Shown here in pieces: positions 21,977-33,200 of a stretch of 64,000 nt of DNA. Position 1 is the stretch's first letter. Each line of letters opens with the position of its first letter. A program made the translations under genes and the position numbers. The notes under the pieces were generated by a model. The model had not been told where the DNA came from. It did not search any database and saw only the letters and a program-made list of their open reading frames with translations. This DNA is from Armatimonadota bacterium (GTDB lineage Bacteria; Armatimonadota; Fimbriimonadia; Fimbriimonadales; GBS-DC): assembly GCA_037444405.1 (NCBI GenBank), contig JBBIML010000006.1, forward strand, positions 64,001 to 128,000, in the 5' to 3' direction.

Positions 21977-22717
21977 CTATACCAGACCTGTGGAGGAGCG
22001 GGAGGGGTCCAGTTCGGGGCAGTAGAGCAGGCGGGCGCAGTTCTCACAGGTGATGAGTTCAGCTTCGTGTTCCATCCGTTTGAGCAGGTAGGGCGTCAGC
22101 ACGGTGTGGCAGAAGTCGCAGGCATTTTTCACCACGCGGGCGACAGCGATCTCGCCCAGCCGCTGACGAATGAGTTCGTACCGCTCCAGCGCTTCCGGGT
22201 CGATCTGCTGCGCCAGCTCCGCCCGCTGCTGCTCGTGGAAACGAATCTCGCTCTCCAGCGCTGCTTTGCGCTGGTAGTATTCCTGCAGGTAGGCTTCGTA
22301 TCGCTGCTCGATCGCCTCCATCTGCTGCTGCGAGTAGTCGATGCGGGCGCGCAGGTTCTCCATCCGTTCCCACATCTCCAGCAGGCGGATGTCCAGCTCA
22401 GCGCGGCGCTGCTTGAGGTAGTCGATATCTTTTTGAAGGGCGGCGAGTTCTTTGGGGTTGCGCACGCGCCCCGAATAGAGTTCTGGCTCCGCCTCGCGCA
22501 GTTTCTCATCGAGCATGCGCAGCTGGAGTTCCTGATCGACGGCGTCGGCGTGGATGCGCTCGTATTCGCGCTTGATCTGCTCCAGCACCTGCCGCTGCTG
22601 CTGAATCTCGACTTGCAACTGTTCACCGGGGTCGAGCTGTGCCAGGTGGCGGCGCAGCTCGGCAATATACAGGTCGAGCTGTTGCAGTTCATACAGCAGC
22701 GGCATCGCTGGATGCAT
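21977..22717 (-). CDS. Coiled-coil protein with C4 zinc ribbon (DUF164/CT398-like)
   Basis: LYELQQLD N-terminus, long coiled coil, CDFC..CENCARLLY. Confidence 0.88.
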   Translation of the reverse strand: MHPAMPLLYELQQLDLYIAELRRHLAQLDPGEQLQVEIQQQRQVLEQIKREYERIHADAVDQELQLRMLDEKLREAEPELYSGRVRNPKELAALQKDIDYLKQRRAELDIRLLEMWERMENLRARIDYSQQQMEAIEQRYEAYLQEYYQRKAALESEIRFHEQQRAELAQQIDPEALERYELIRQRLGEIAVARVVKNACDFCHTVLTPYLLKRMEHEAELITCENCARLLYCPELDPSRSSTGLV

Positions 22718-22726
22718 GGTGTCCTC

Positions 22727-24598
22727 CTATGAGGTCACAAAGCGGCGCACCCGATTGCGAATGGGCTTGTTGATCTCCTTCTCCTCCAGATGCCACACGG
22801 TGGAGCCTTTGTGCAGCTCGAAGCAGGGATAGGCACTCAGCAGGGAGGCGGTCAGATCGCGCCGGGTACGCCGCACCACATTCAGCTCGTTGTGCAGGGT
22901 GATGAAGTCGGCGCCGGTCGGATGCTGGCGCAACACCTCAATCAGCAGGTGGTAGGTGGACATCGTGTCGGCTTTGCTCTGCAGATCCAGCAGTTTCTGC
23001 ATGCGTGCGGGCGGAATGAAAAGCAGGGGGTCCACATCGCCCGTGTAGATGAACCGATACACATCGGGTCGGTCGGTGCGGTGCAGTTCGAAGATGGCGC
23101 CGGAGCGCACCTCCAGCTCGGCGAATCGGTCGAACAGCCCGAACAGCAGGTGGTTGGTGTAGTTGAGCCATATCTCATATTCGCGTCCCTGCTCGTCGAT
23201 GAAGGTGAGCTGCTGGATATCGGGCGTGTCCTCGAAGAAGCCTGCCGGAATCTGGCATAGCGGCAGCGTGCCCAGATCGGTGTGGGGCAGACGCAGCACC
23301 ACTCGCACCACGCTCGGAATCTCTTCGGGTCGAACAAGCGAATCCTCGTCGCCCACATCCTGCACGCGCAGGTCGTGAATTTCCTGACGCAGCGGGCGTG
23401 GGTAAGCCGCTTCATGCACCATAATGTCGTATCGTTCGCCCTGCTCGTTGCGCACATCGGGCAGGGGCGGGAACGAGAAGGCGGCGGGCACCTCCAGCAC
23501 ATAGGGTGGCACATCGCTCTGGCGCCCGAACCGATCATAGCCAAACCATGCGATGCGCATGTCGGCGATCAGCGCGGAAATCAGCGTGTCCAGGTCTTCA
23601 CGGAAGGTTCGACTGGCAGGCGAGACTTCGAACATCTCCTCCAGAATGTCCGCTGCATGCACGATTCCGGGCTGATTGAGGATATGCGTGACAATCTGCT
23701 CCACTTCGTCGGGGCGCAGTTCCAGCGGCTGCATCTCCTCTTCGGGCAGCTGGCGGTGCAGTTCTTCAGCTAACCGCAGGGCGCGCTGAAGCCATTCCGC
23801 ACGCACCGATTCGGGATACCATCGCCCATCGCTCCCCCACACATACGCGCCCGACTGGTAAATCTGGTCGAAAATCGCCACCGGGTCATACGGATAGACC
23901 CAGCGCGGGTCGGGCGAGAGCGTGAGGTACCATCCGAGGAAGCCCAGCACGCGGTTTGGCAGTGGCTCCTTGACGCTCTGCAGGAACCGCAGCGGCGTGT
24001 CAGGCTTCTGCCAGTCGAGCTTGCGGGCTTCTTTGAGGTACGGCTCCACCTCCTGCCAGGTGAGGTCGTTATAGAAGAGGGCGTCCTGCGCCGCGCGCTC
24101 GCGCTCCTCCGCACGCTCCCACTCATACGGGATGGGCTCGATCCAGTCGGGCACAAACAGCCACTCGCGCAGCCCGATCAGCCCGCTGTGGGTGCAAAAC
24201 AGCGTCTCTGAATTCTGGCACACGCGCGGCAGGATGGTCTCGTAATATTCGAAGCTCCGCCGATAGTGCGCCCCACATTCGCGCGCGATCTTCTCCACCG
24301 GGATGGGACTGCCCACCATGCGTACCACGCGCTCCACGAAGGCGACCAGCGGCAGGCGCGGCGATACCTTGCGATAGAGCGGCAGCCAGCGCCGCTCCTC
24401 CTGCAGGAAGCGCGACGGCTCGTTCAGCAGCACCGCGCGCAGCACCGCCGTGTTCAACGACAGATGTTGCAGGCGCGCCGTCAGTTCATTCGTGCGCAAC
24501 GGAACCAGCGAATCCACCATAAACGCCTGCAAAATCTCGCCCAGCAAATAGTCCATCGCCAGACGGTCTTTTGGATCCTGTACCAGTGTCTCTATCAT
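22727..24598 (-). CDS. Hypothetical cytoplasmic protein (623 aa)
   Basis: Start refined to ATG 24598 (MIETLVQDP), since the ORF-track upstream part overlaps the next gene out of frame. Typical codon usage; no motif recognised. Confidence 0.75.
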   Translation of the reverse strand: MIETLVQDPKDRLAMDYLLGEILQAFMVDSLVPLRTNELTARLQHLSLNTAVLRAVLLNEPSRFLQEERRWLPLYRKVSPRLPLVAFVERVVRMVGSPIPVEKIARECGAHYRRSFEYYETILPRVCQNSETLFCTHSGLIGLREWLFVPDWIEPIPYEWERAEERERAAQDALFYNDLTWQEVEPYLKEARKLDWQKPDTPLRFLQSVKEPLPNRVLGFLGWYLTLSPDPRWVYPYDPVAIFDQIYQSGAYVWGSDGRWYPESVRAEWLQRALRLAEELHRQLPEEEMQPLELRPDEVEQIVTHILNQPGIVHAADILEEMFEVSPASRTFREDLDTLISALIADMRIAWFGYDRFGRQSDVPPYVLEVPAAFSFPPLPDVRNEQGERYDIMVHEAAYPRPLRQEIHDLRVQDVGDEDSLVRPEEIPSVVRVVLRLPHTDLGTLPLCQIPAGFFEDTPDIQQLTFIDEQGREYEIWLNYTNHLLFGLFDRFAELEVRSGAIFELHRTDRPDVYRFIYTGDVDPLLFIPPARMQKLLDLQSKADTMSTYHLLIEVLRQHPTGADFITLHNELNVVRRTRRDLTASLLSAYPCFELHKGSTVWHLEEKEINKPIRNRVRRFVTS

Positions 24599-24660
24599 CG
24601 TTGTTATCCCTCGATCCACTCTCAGATAGTTCTCTCCCGCGTTGGCAGATGCGCCCAATA

Positions 24661-26307
24661 TTATGGCACATGGGCGCGCCATGCCGTGCGCAGATGCGTT
24701 AGCAGCCCCAGCAGCAGTCCGACCGCCAGCCAGCCCATCCCGGCACCCACCATCACCTGAAAAGAATCGATGGAGCTGGCGCGGAGAAATCCCGATGTGC
24801 GAGACATTTCCCCGATGAAGTCCAGCAGTGCCATCGGGAACCAGCACCACAGGATGGGACCCGCATCTTCGAAACGGTCGGGGAACTCGCCAATCAGCAG
24901 CGCCTGCAGCAGAAGGGGCATAATCATGAGCGCAATGGCGAGCGTGATGGCGAACCAGCGGGCGACGCCCAGCCCGTGATGCCCCACCAGCGCGGATGCC
25001 AGTCGCGCCACGCCCCACAGCAGAACCCAGACCCCGTACAGATAGAACATCACCGTGAACGCCGCCATCTGCTGAGCCAGCGTGAGCGCTTTCCAGACGC
25101 TGAAGCTGCCCAGCACCAGGGCGCCCGACACAACGAGCCACAGGAGCGTGATATAGGGCAGTGCGCCCGCCGCCGATGCCCGAAACATCCGCCACAGATT
25201 GAAAACGCCATCGTCCACCATCGGCTGCTCGTCCCGCCTGCCAATCGGGGAGACCAGCAGCACAACGAGACCCATTATGCCCGCAATCAGCAGGATCAGC
25301 AGAACCACGAACTCAAGCCCGCCTCCGACTGTCCGAATCGCGGTTGAAAACCCGGCCGCCATCAGGTACGCATAAAGCCCCGCGACCACGAGCAGCTGGC
25401 GACGGAAGGAGGGCAGCACATCTTTGTCGTAGAGTCCCACCCGTCGCGCCGCGCCCGTCATCACCAGTCGCACAAACAGCAGGCACACCGCGAGGCTGAC
25501 CACCCACGCGGGAATCTGCATCGTGCCCAGCTTGAGGTAGAAGCCCGCCACCAGCGGCGCACTGAACGGGTTCAGTACACCGAGCGGCGCCAGCAGCTCC
25601 TGACCCGTTAAACCCGCACCACCTGAAACGGTCATCGCCAGGCTGAACAGCACAAAGGGGAGCGTTGCGCCGAGATAGAAGAAGCAGAGCAGGTAGCCGC
25701 CGAACACCGCCCACATCGAGCTGCGCGAGTATGCCGAGGTGAACAGCGCGACCGCGCTCAGGCACAGCCCGCTCAGTGCCAGCATAAAGTAGCTCTCCAG
25801 CACTTCGCCGAAGGTCGTGCCGCCTAACAGCACGCACACCGCGCTGGCGGGCAATGTGAGTGCCAGCAACAGCACCAGAAAGGCGAACGAGCCGACCAGC
25901 TTGCCCGTGAGCAGCTCGCGCGCGCTGAGCGGGGTCGTGAGCAGCAGATCAAGCGTGCGTCGCTCCCGCTCCTGCGTAATGGCGCCCGCCGTCAGCCCCG
26001 GCGCAATTAGCACAATCAGCGCGGTCAGCGTGCCGAAAATCACCCAGTAGAACTGTTGCAGATAGGTCTGGGCGCGATAGGGGTCCATCGAAATCTGGCT
26101 GCCGAGCGTGCCCATGTAGGCGATGCCCACAATCAGCAGCAGAAAGAGCAGATACAGCGCCTGCAGCCAGTAGGCGCGCGCCAGCCGCACGCGCACGCGC
26201 AGCTCCCGCGCCACCACCGGATTGCCCACCACCTGCGTGACGATGCCCGTCCCGTAGCGCCACCAGTCGCGCCACCACGACCGCCGCACAACCGTTGCAT
26301 CCGCCAT
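24661..26307 (-). CDS. ABC-2 type transporter permease subunit
   Basis: NPVVARELRVR, AGAITQERERRTLDLLLTTPLS..GKL; many TM helices. Confidence 0.85.
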   Translation of the reverse strand: MADATVVRRSWWRDWWRYGTGIVTQVVGNPVVARELRVRVRLARAYWLQALYLLFLLLIVGIAYMGTLGSQISMDPYRAQTYLQQFYWVIFGTLTALIVLIAPGLTAGAITQERERRTLDLLLTTPLSARELLTGKLVGSFAFLVLLLALTLPASAVCVLLGGTTFGEVLESYFMLALSGLCLSAVALFTSAYSRSSMWAVFGGYLLCFFYLGATLPFVLFSLAMTVSGGAGLTGQELLAPLGVLNPFSAPLVAGFYLKLGTMQIPAWVVSLAVCLLFVRLVMTGAARRVGLYDKDVLPSFRRQLLVVAGLYAYLMAAGFSTAIRTVGGGLEFVVLLILLIAGIMGLVVLLVSPIGRRDEQPMVDDGVFNLWRMFRASAAGALPYITLLWLVVSGALVLGSFSVWKALTLAQQMAAFTVMFYLYGVWVLLWGVARLASALVGHHGLGVARWFAITLAIALMIMPLLLQALLIGEFPDRFEDAGPILWCWFPMALLDFIGEMSRTSGFLRASSIDSFQVMVGAGMGWLAVGLLLGLLTHLRTAWRAHVP

Positions 26308-26366
26308 CCCGATTCACACCCCTCTGCTCGATTCGCCCACCGAGCCGTTGCTCCTGCTAACGCGGC

Positions 26367-26580
26367 TCAATCCGCCAGCTCGTAGGTATAGTGCCGCTGC
26401 CCAGGTGCGGGGCGCGGTTGCGGACGCGGCGCCTTGCGCTCCACCCGACCATCCAGCCGCAAAATCAGCAGCACGCCCTTATCCCGGCCCCTGCGATGAA
26501 GGTTATCCCGCACGATGGGATAGTCGCCCCTGCGCTGCTTCAACACCCACAGCGGATCCTCCCAATTGATGCCAATGTGT
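26367..26580 (-). pseudogene. Possible orphan C-terminal fragment of a prepilin-type protein
   Basis: Minus frame without a usable start: INWEDPLWVLKQRRGDYPIVRDNLHRRGRDKGVLLILRLDGRVERK.., resembling the H..L-x-L-x-x-x-G-x-V tail of the pilin at 44998-45792. Confidence 0.35.
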
Positions 26581-26618
26581 TCCGACCGTGAGAGGTATAA
26601 TCGGTTCGGTGAGCGCGC

Positions 26619-27263
26619 ATGGCAGTGCAGACACTTGAGAAACCGAGAACGATTGGCTGGGAGGAATATCTGAACCTTCCGCTGACCACCTATGAGATTA
26701 TCGACGGAGAGGTGATTGAGCCGGCTACGCCAACCTTGAGACATCAAAATGTGCTGAGTGAGCTACTGGTGCGTTTGCGCCTTTTTGTGAAGGAGCGCGG
26801 GCTGGGGCAGGTTTTCCCTGCCCCCTTCGACCTTGTGATTCGGCGTCAGCCGTTGCGCACGCGCCAGCCCGACCTGTTCTATCTTTCGTACGCTCGCGCC
26901 GGCAATCTGGATGCGCTGCTGGATCAATCGCGTCTGGAGTTTGCACCTGATCTGGTGATTGAGGTACTGTCGCCGTCGGACACCCTGCGCATGTGGCGCG
27001 ATAAGCTGCACGACTACTACACGCTGGGCGTGCCCGAAGTGTGGTTGGTGGATATTGAGCAGGGCGAGATCGAGGTGCATGTTCGCGAGGAGCATGGGTA
27101 CAGCTCGCTCGGCTGGTTCTCCGGCGAGACCCCGCTGCCATCGCGCGTGCTGCCCGATCTGGTGTTGCTGCCAAAAACGCTGTTTGAGAGCGCGGGCGAG
27201 CCAGCCGCAACCGCCAAAAGCGCATCACCAGCCGTTAGTCGGCGTCGAGGTCGAACGGGCTGA
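26619..27263 (+). CDS. Uma2 family endonuclease (PD-(D/E)XK)
   Basis: YEIIDGE, HQ, QPDLFY, APDLVIEVLSPSD, KLHDYYTLGVPEVWLVD; GGTATAAT upstream. Confidence 0.93.
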   Translation: MAVQTLEKPRTIGWEEYLNLPLTTYEIIDGEVIEPATPTLRHQNVLSELLVRLRLFVKERGLGQVFPAPFDLVIRRQPLRTRQPDLFYLSYARAGNLDALLDQSRLEFAPDLVIEVLSPSDTLRMWRDKLHDYYTLGVPEVWLVDIEQGEIEVHVREEHGYSSLGWFSGETPLPSRVLPDLVLLPKTLFESAGEPAATAKSASPAVSRRRGRTG

Positions 27264-30200
27264 CGGTGAAGCGCGGCTGGATCGCTCCCGCGAAGATGTC
27301 GGTCATTCCATTGCGCGTACTGCTCCAGAAGAGCAACAGCGACTCATCGAACCCACCAAAGACATTGAGCGGCGACGGCGCCAACCGATATTCCAGATTG
27401 GGTATCGCCCACAGATAGAGTTCGTTCGTTGGCAGGTTGATGGGCACAGGCGACACATATTCGGTGAGGTTGCCGCGCAGCTGACCCTCGTCGATCCAGC
27501 CGATGACCGCCACCTCGCTCCATTCGACGACCTGACCGGTTTGCGGATCACGTGTGAGGTAGCGCACCTCCACCTCTTTGCCGATATCCTCGGTCGTGAA
27601 GTAGATTCTGCCCTGCAGCGGGTCGTACTCATAGAAGCCCAGCCCACTGCCCGCAGGGTTGCGTGGGGTCAGCTGCACGATGGCGTGGTTCTCCCCGACG
27701 GCGAGCGTGGCGGCGCCCTCACGCAGAGGAATCCCGCCACGCCAGCTAAGAATGGGCAGGCTCAGCCGCACGCCCGGACGCAGCGTCTTGTAGTAAAAGT
27801 TGCCCGGGCTGTTCGGGGCGCTGCCGCCCCGGCGGAACAGCACCCAGTGCCGATCCACAGACGGGCGATCGGAGCTGCTGCAGACACCGTTCAGGGCGCC
27901 CTTGCGCACAGGCGATGCAGCCAGATTGTTCAGATTGTGGCGCGGGTTCAGCGTGCGCTGGAACACGCTGAACACCTGTGAGTAGCCGCCTATCTGACCC
28001 GAAGCGTACGGGATCAGCCGCAACAGGCGCGGACGATAGGTCACCGTTACCACATCGTTCAGGCGCGGCGCCCGATTCACAAACCGGATGGTGCCGTTCA
28101 GTGGATCCACCACAATCGTGCCTGAATCGATCAGCGTGTTGTTCTGGTTATTGCGCACAATATAGCGGAAAGTGAGCAGTCCTGTCGCCTCGTCTTCAAT
28201 CGGCTCCTGCAGGAGGTTCGGATTGGTGGGATCCACAATCACGGAGACACCATTCACCTTGATGTCGATATCGGCTTCCAGCGGGTTGCCGTCCTCGTTC
28301 CAGACCCGTCCGAGGTGTGTCCAGTCGAGGTGGCGCGTGCGCCACACATTGCGTTCCGCGTCTTTCTGGGCGACCTCATCGATGATGCGCGGGAGCAACC
28401 GATCCTGAATATCGCGGAGCGCGCGCTCTACCTGGCGGCTATCCAGCGGCAGCAGATTGCCATTGCGCGGGTTCACATAGTAGCGGGCGAGCAGTAGCTC
28501 CGACTCGTTGCGCTCGCCAACTGTGCCCGTGATGGCGACATCTGCCAGCAACACGAAGGGCGAGCCAGGGCTGCTCGGGTTCAGCGACACGCGATAGACC
28601 TGCGCCGCGACACCATCCACGCTGCGAATGGCGCGGGAGAGCGGCAACGACTGCTCGCGTCGCCAGCTACTGAAGCTGTCGCCCTCGGACGGCAGATAGA
28701 AAATCTGGTTCCTGCCTGCCGGCGCCGACACATAGAAGAGCCAGTTGCCGATGCCGGGCAGACCGGTGATGTGCGGGCGGGTGCGCGGCAGCGCGGGATC
28801 CACAGGCACAATGTTGATTGGCCCCACAGGCTCGCCCGTTTGCGGGTTGAGTTGCGTGTAGAACAGCACGGCGTAGTTGGTGCCCGCAACCTGCACCTCG
28901 CCTGTCCAGAAGAGCCACGCCTGCACCGTGCCGCGCGTGCCCTGCGTCAGGTGAACCACCGGCTGGTGGTGGCGGATAGTGCTTTTCTCTTCATCGGTCA
29001 GCGCACGCCCCAGATTGAGCGCCTGCACAAAGAGCGTGCCATCGGGGTCATTCGGGAAGGGTCCGAACGGACCGAGCCACCACTGCCCATTGATACCTGT
29101 CGGTATCCAGCCACCTGCCAGCGGGATGCCGTTCATCAGCATGCGGGCGCCGTCCCAGCTGAGCGACGCCCGATAAAGGAAGAAGCGGTTCCGATTGCTG
29201 GGGTCGCGATTGCTGCTCCAGTAAAGATGCAGTCGCCCCGTTTGCGGGTCGCGGAACGCGGTCGGCGTGTGATTGCTGACGATGGGGGTGCCCGGTGCAG
29301 GCAATGGGTCAATCTGTGCCTGCGAGCCGTGCGTGACCCCACCCGTGAGCTGGGTCTCCTTCACGCGCACCACGATGCGCATCGACGGTACCGTGATGGG
29401 ATCACCCTGCTCCACCACGCCAACCGTACCAACCGCTGTGTCGCGGTAGACGCCAATCCACTGCGAGTAGACGCCCATCGGCTGGAAGGGCGGGATGGCG
29501 ATGCTGATTTGAGGCAGGCGTGGCTCAAAATCGTTGCGACCGTCGCCGTCCACATCAGGCGTGCGACCGTAGGGCACAGCAGGCAGCGACAGGTAAGTGC
29601 CCGCCATATCGCCCGCGCGCGGCTTCTGCAACACCGCATAGGGCTGGTAGCCCGGCACAATCGCGCCTATCTGCGTCCAGCCGCCCACATTCGCCCAGTA
29701 GGGGTTGGAATGCAGCCTGAGTGGATCGGTGCGGCTCCAGAAGCGCGGATCGAGCGTGCTGACCACCGTCGTCCACGCGGGCATTCCGGCGAATGTGCTG
29801 ACCATATCCGAGAAGAGGTAGATGCCGCCTGTGGCGGGATTGCCGAACGCCTTGCCCAGATAGAGCGGATAGAGGTTGAGGTTGCCCTCGTTGCGCACGC
29901 GGAACGGCTTCCAGTAGGGCGCAAAGAGCGCGTTATCGGGGCGGAACGCCGAAGTGGGATCATAGGGCGAGAGCGCGTCGAAGTTGAAGCCGAACCCGCC
30001 CGGCAACGCCCCAAAATCGATGGTCTCCTCCTCAATCAGGAAGCGCGCATCCGGCTCAACGGTGATTTCGGTGGCGACCTCCCGATAGGCTTCCTGCGCG
30101 ACCTGGTTCGCTCGCGGCGCCAGCGCGTTCTCCAGCCCATCGAAGCGCCCGTTGTTGTTCGAATCGATATAGACAAAGTTCGTGTGGACATCGCTGTTGG

Positions 30201-33200
30201 GTCGAAGAAACCGCGAGCTGTAGCGGTTTGGCGGCTGATAGCGCGGCACATTCACCTGCACCACGATGGGGTCGCCGTTGGGGTTGGCAAAGATGTTCTC
30301 GATGCGCATGGCGGTCTGGCGCAGGTCGGTGCCGCCCTCAAACAGCATGCGCACATTGCGAGCGGCAATATCGGGATAGTCGGGGCTGCGATTCGGGATG
30401 GTGGGCGGCTGCTCCCACGGCAGCGGGTAGTTAACCGCCCCCGGACCGCCCTGCCAGTACAGTCCGCCCGTCCAGGCGCGCACACTCAGCGTGAGCGGGA
30501 TCAAGCTGTAGCGTGCGATATTGCGCCGATCCGCCACACGGAATAGACCGCTGATGAAGGTGCCGTGCTTGGCACTGCCGTTCGATTCAAACTGGGCCGG
30601 CATGAGCCGACCACCGTTACCGTTCACCTTATTCTCGTCAGCTCCAGGATCGTTCTCATCACCCACTTCACTGCCTGACGGATTCCAGAGCTTGAGCGGG
30701 TGCGCGATGCTGAACTTCCAGCCCTCACCCCGCTCGCCCCGTTCACCGGGCCGGTCGATTTCGGTCGTTTCCAGATTGAGGTCGGAGGTGAAACTCATGC
30801 CCGGCATGCGCAGCTGCAGCTCATATTCGGGTCCGGGCGTCCAGTAGTTGCTGCCGGACGCCTGCACGGTGATGCTCTGCACGGCAATCCATTTCCGTCC
30901 CGAACGGGGCGGGCTGGTGGTGGTGCGCGGCGCCAGCACATACTGCACACGCGAGACACCCGGACCGACCACCTGCACGGCAACCTGATCGCGACGGGTC
31001 TCGGTGCCCGATAGCTCGAAGTCCCACACAATCACATAGAAGGTCTGACCCCACTCCAGCACCCCGGGCCATTCAGGTACTACCTCGTCGGGCGCCTTCT
31101 GACCTGTCAGCACCCTATCGGCTTCCTCTTTACTGAGAGTGATGGTTACCTTAGTGTGGGAGATGTCGGTGTTGTCATCCTGGCGTCCTTCAGGACCGGT
31201 GGGTCCTCCAATACCCGTTCCAGGTGGCAGCTCGCTATATGCCAGTCCTGAAGTGTTGAAGGCGTACACCACGCCCGCGTCGTCAGCGATATAGAGCCAG
31301 TCGTCCAGCACGGCGGGCGAGGCGAACAGCGTATCGGCGTAGAGTTGCCAGCCCTCGAACAGCCAGCCGTTGCGCCGATTGCGTTCGTTCGTGGCGTGCA
31401 GGGCAACAATCTCGCCCGCGTTCGTGCCCACCACAATCGCGGGCTTGGCGCCGAAGTCGTTGCCGTCGGGATCCGTATCGTTCACCTTGGTGAACACGGG
31501 CGAGCTGAAGATGGCACCGCTGAGCCGCTCGCTGAAGAAGGAGCCGTCGGTACCGCGCAATGGTTCGCCTGTGTCCGCGTTATAGGCAAAAACACGCCCC
31601 AGACTGCCGCCCACAAAGACAGCATTGATCCCGGGTGTGTTGGGGTCGTTATCGAAGTCCAGCCCCTGCACCACCAGCGGCGAGCTGTAGTTGAACGACA
31701 GGATGCGATTGATCTCGGTAGGCTGTCGCCAGATGAGCTGCCCACTGCTGGCGCTGATGGCGTAGGTGCGCCCGCCATCGATGCCGCCCGTGTTGATGAA
31801 CACCTTGCCGAGCGCGACGGCAGGCGTGGCGGTGATCGGCTCAATCACTTCTGTGGTGGAGTTCAGGGGGGGATATGCCCAGCGCAGGGCGGTCGCGCTG
31901 CTGGTCGCGTCGGGGTTCAGTGCGTAGAGCCGCCCGTAGAAGTTGCCCTCCACGCTGCCGATGAACACCGTGTTGCGGTCGGGGTCATACGCGGGCGCGC
32001 CCACGAACGACGCGCCGAAAACCCGATACTCCCACTTCAGCCATGTGGCGGGGTTGCCAGGGTCCAAATCGGTTTTGATGGCGTACACAGAGCCGCTGGG
32101 GTTGCCGATTATCACCAGGTTTTTGTCTTCCAGAATGAGCGGCGAGGCGTAGCTGAAGGGCGCGGCGGTGGCGGGCTTGATGCGCCAGTAGAGCTTCGTC
32201 TCGCCCGAACTGGTGCCGTTCTGACCATCGCCCAGCGCGTCGATGCAGTAGATGAAGCCGTCCTGCGCGCCGAACACCAGCACCCAGCGCGTCGCGACGC
32301 TATTGCCGTCGCGCACGCGCACCTGCCCGACCGCCGGTGTGGAGAAGACCGATTCCGTCTGCAGGTTCGCCGGCACCAGCTTGATGGCGTCGGCGACCAC
32401 ATAGCGCGAGCGCTCGTTTGCGTCCTCGGGCGAGAAGTTGCTCACCCAGATTTCATAGGTTTGCCCCTGCGTGAAGGTGAAGGGCGATGCTCGCAGCAGC
32501 ACCCAGTTCCCGCCTCGCGTCTGGTTAACAATCAGCGTGGCGGTTTCGAAGTCGTCTTCAACCACATAGCGGGCGCGGCGCGCATGCTGATCGCTGCTGG
32601 GGAACCATGCGTACACATAGTATTGCCCGCTCTGGCTGACCGACACGCGCCAGACAGCACGACGCGCCTCAAACTGGCTCGCAGTCGGCGTGGTGCGGTA
32701 GTAGGAACTGTTGTATTGATCTGGTAGATCGGTGCGCCGCTCCCAGCTGTTCGCCGTGAAGTCCGGGTCCTGATCATCGAGGATCACGCCCGTCTGACCT
32801 GTGGGTATGACGCGGAACTGCCAGCGGATGCGCACATCGCGGGCAGCATCGTTATGCACATGCTCCAAGCAAGTGATGGTGCCGTTGCCGTTCGCCACGA
32901 ACACAAGGTGCTGGCTCGCGTTCAGCGGGTTGCGAATGACCACCGGCGATGCCTGAATGATGCCGTAGTCGGGCACGAATCGCACGGCATCCGCCACCGC
33001 AATCGGCAGGGGCTGCTCCCCTGCATCGGGGCCCTGCGGGTCGATGCCGTTGTCGAGCGTGATGGTGATGCGTTCGCCATTGTTGCGCACGATAAAAGGC
33101 CGGTTGCCCAGCTGCTGCCAGCCGCCGCCCGTCTGATCCAGATAGAGATCGGCGACGCCGCTGGAGTCGGTAACCCGATAGTGAGCGTGCCGGAGGTTGC

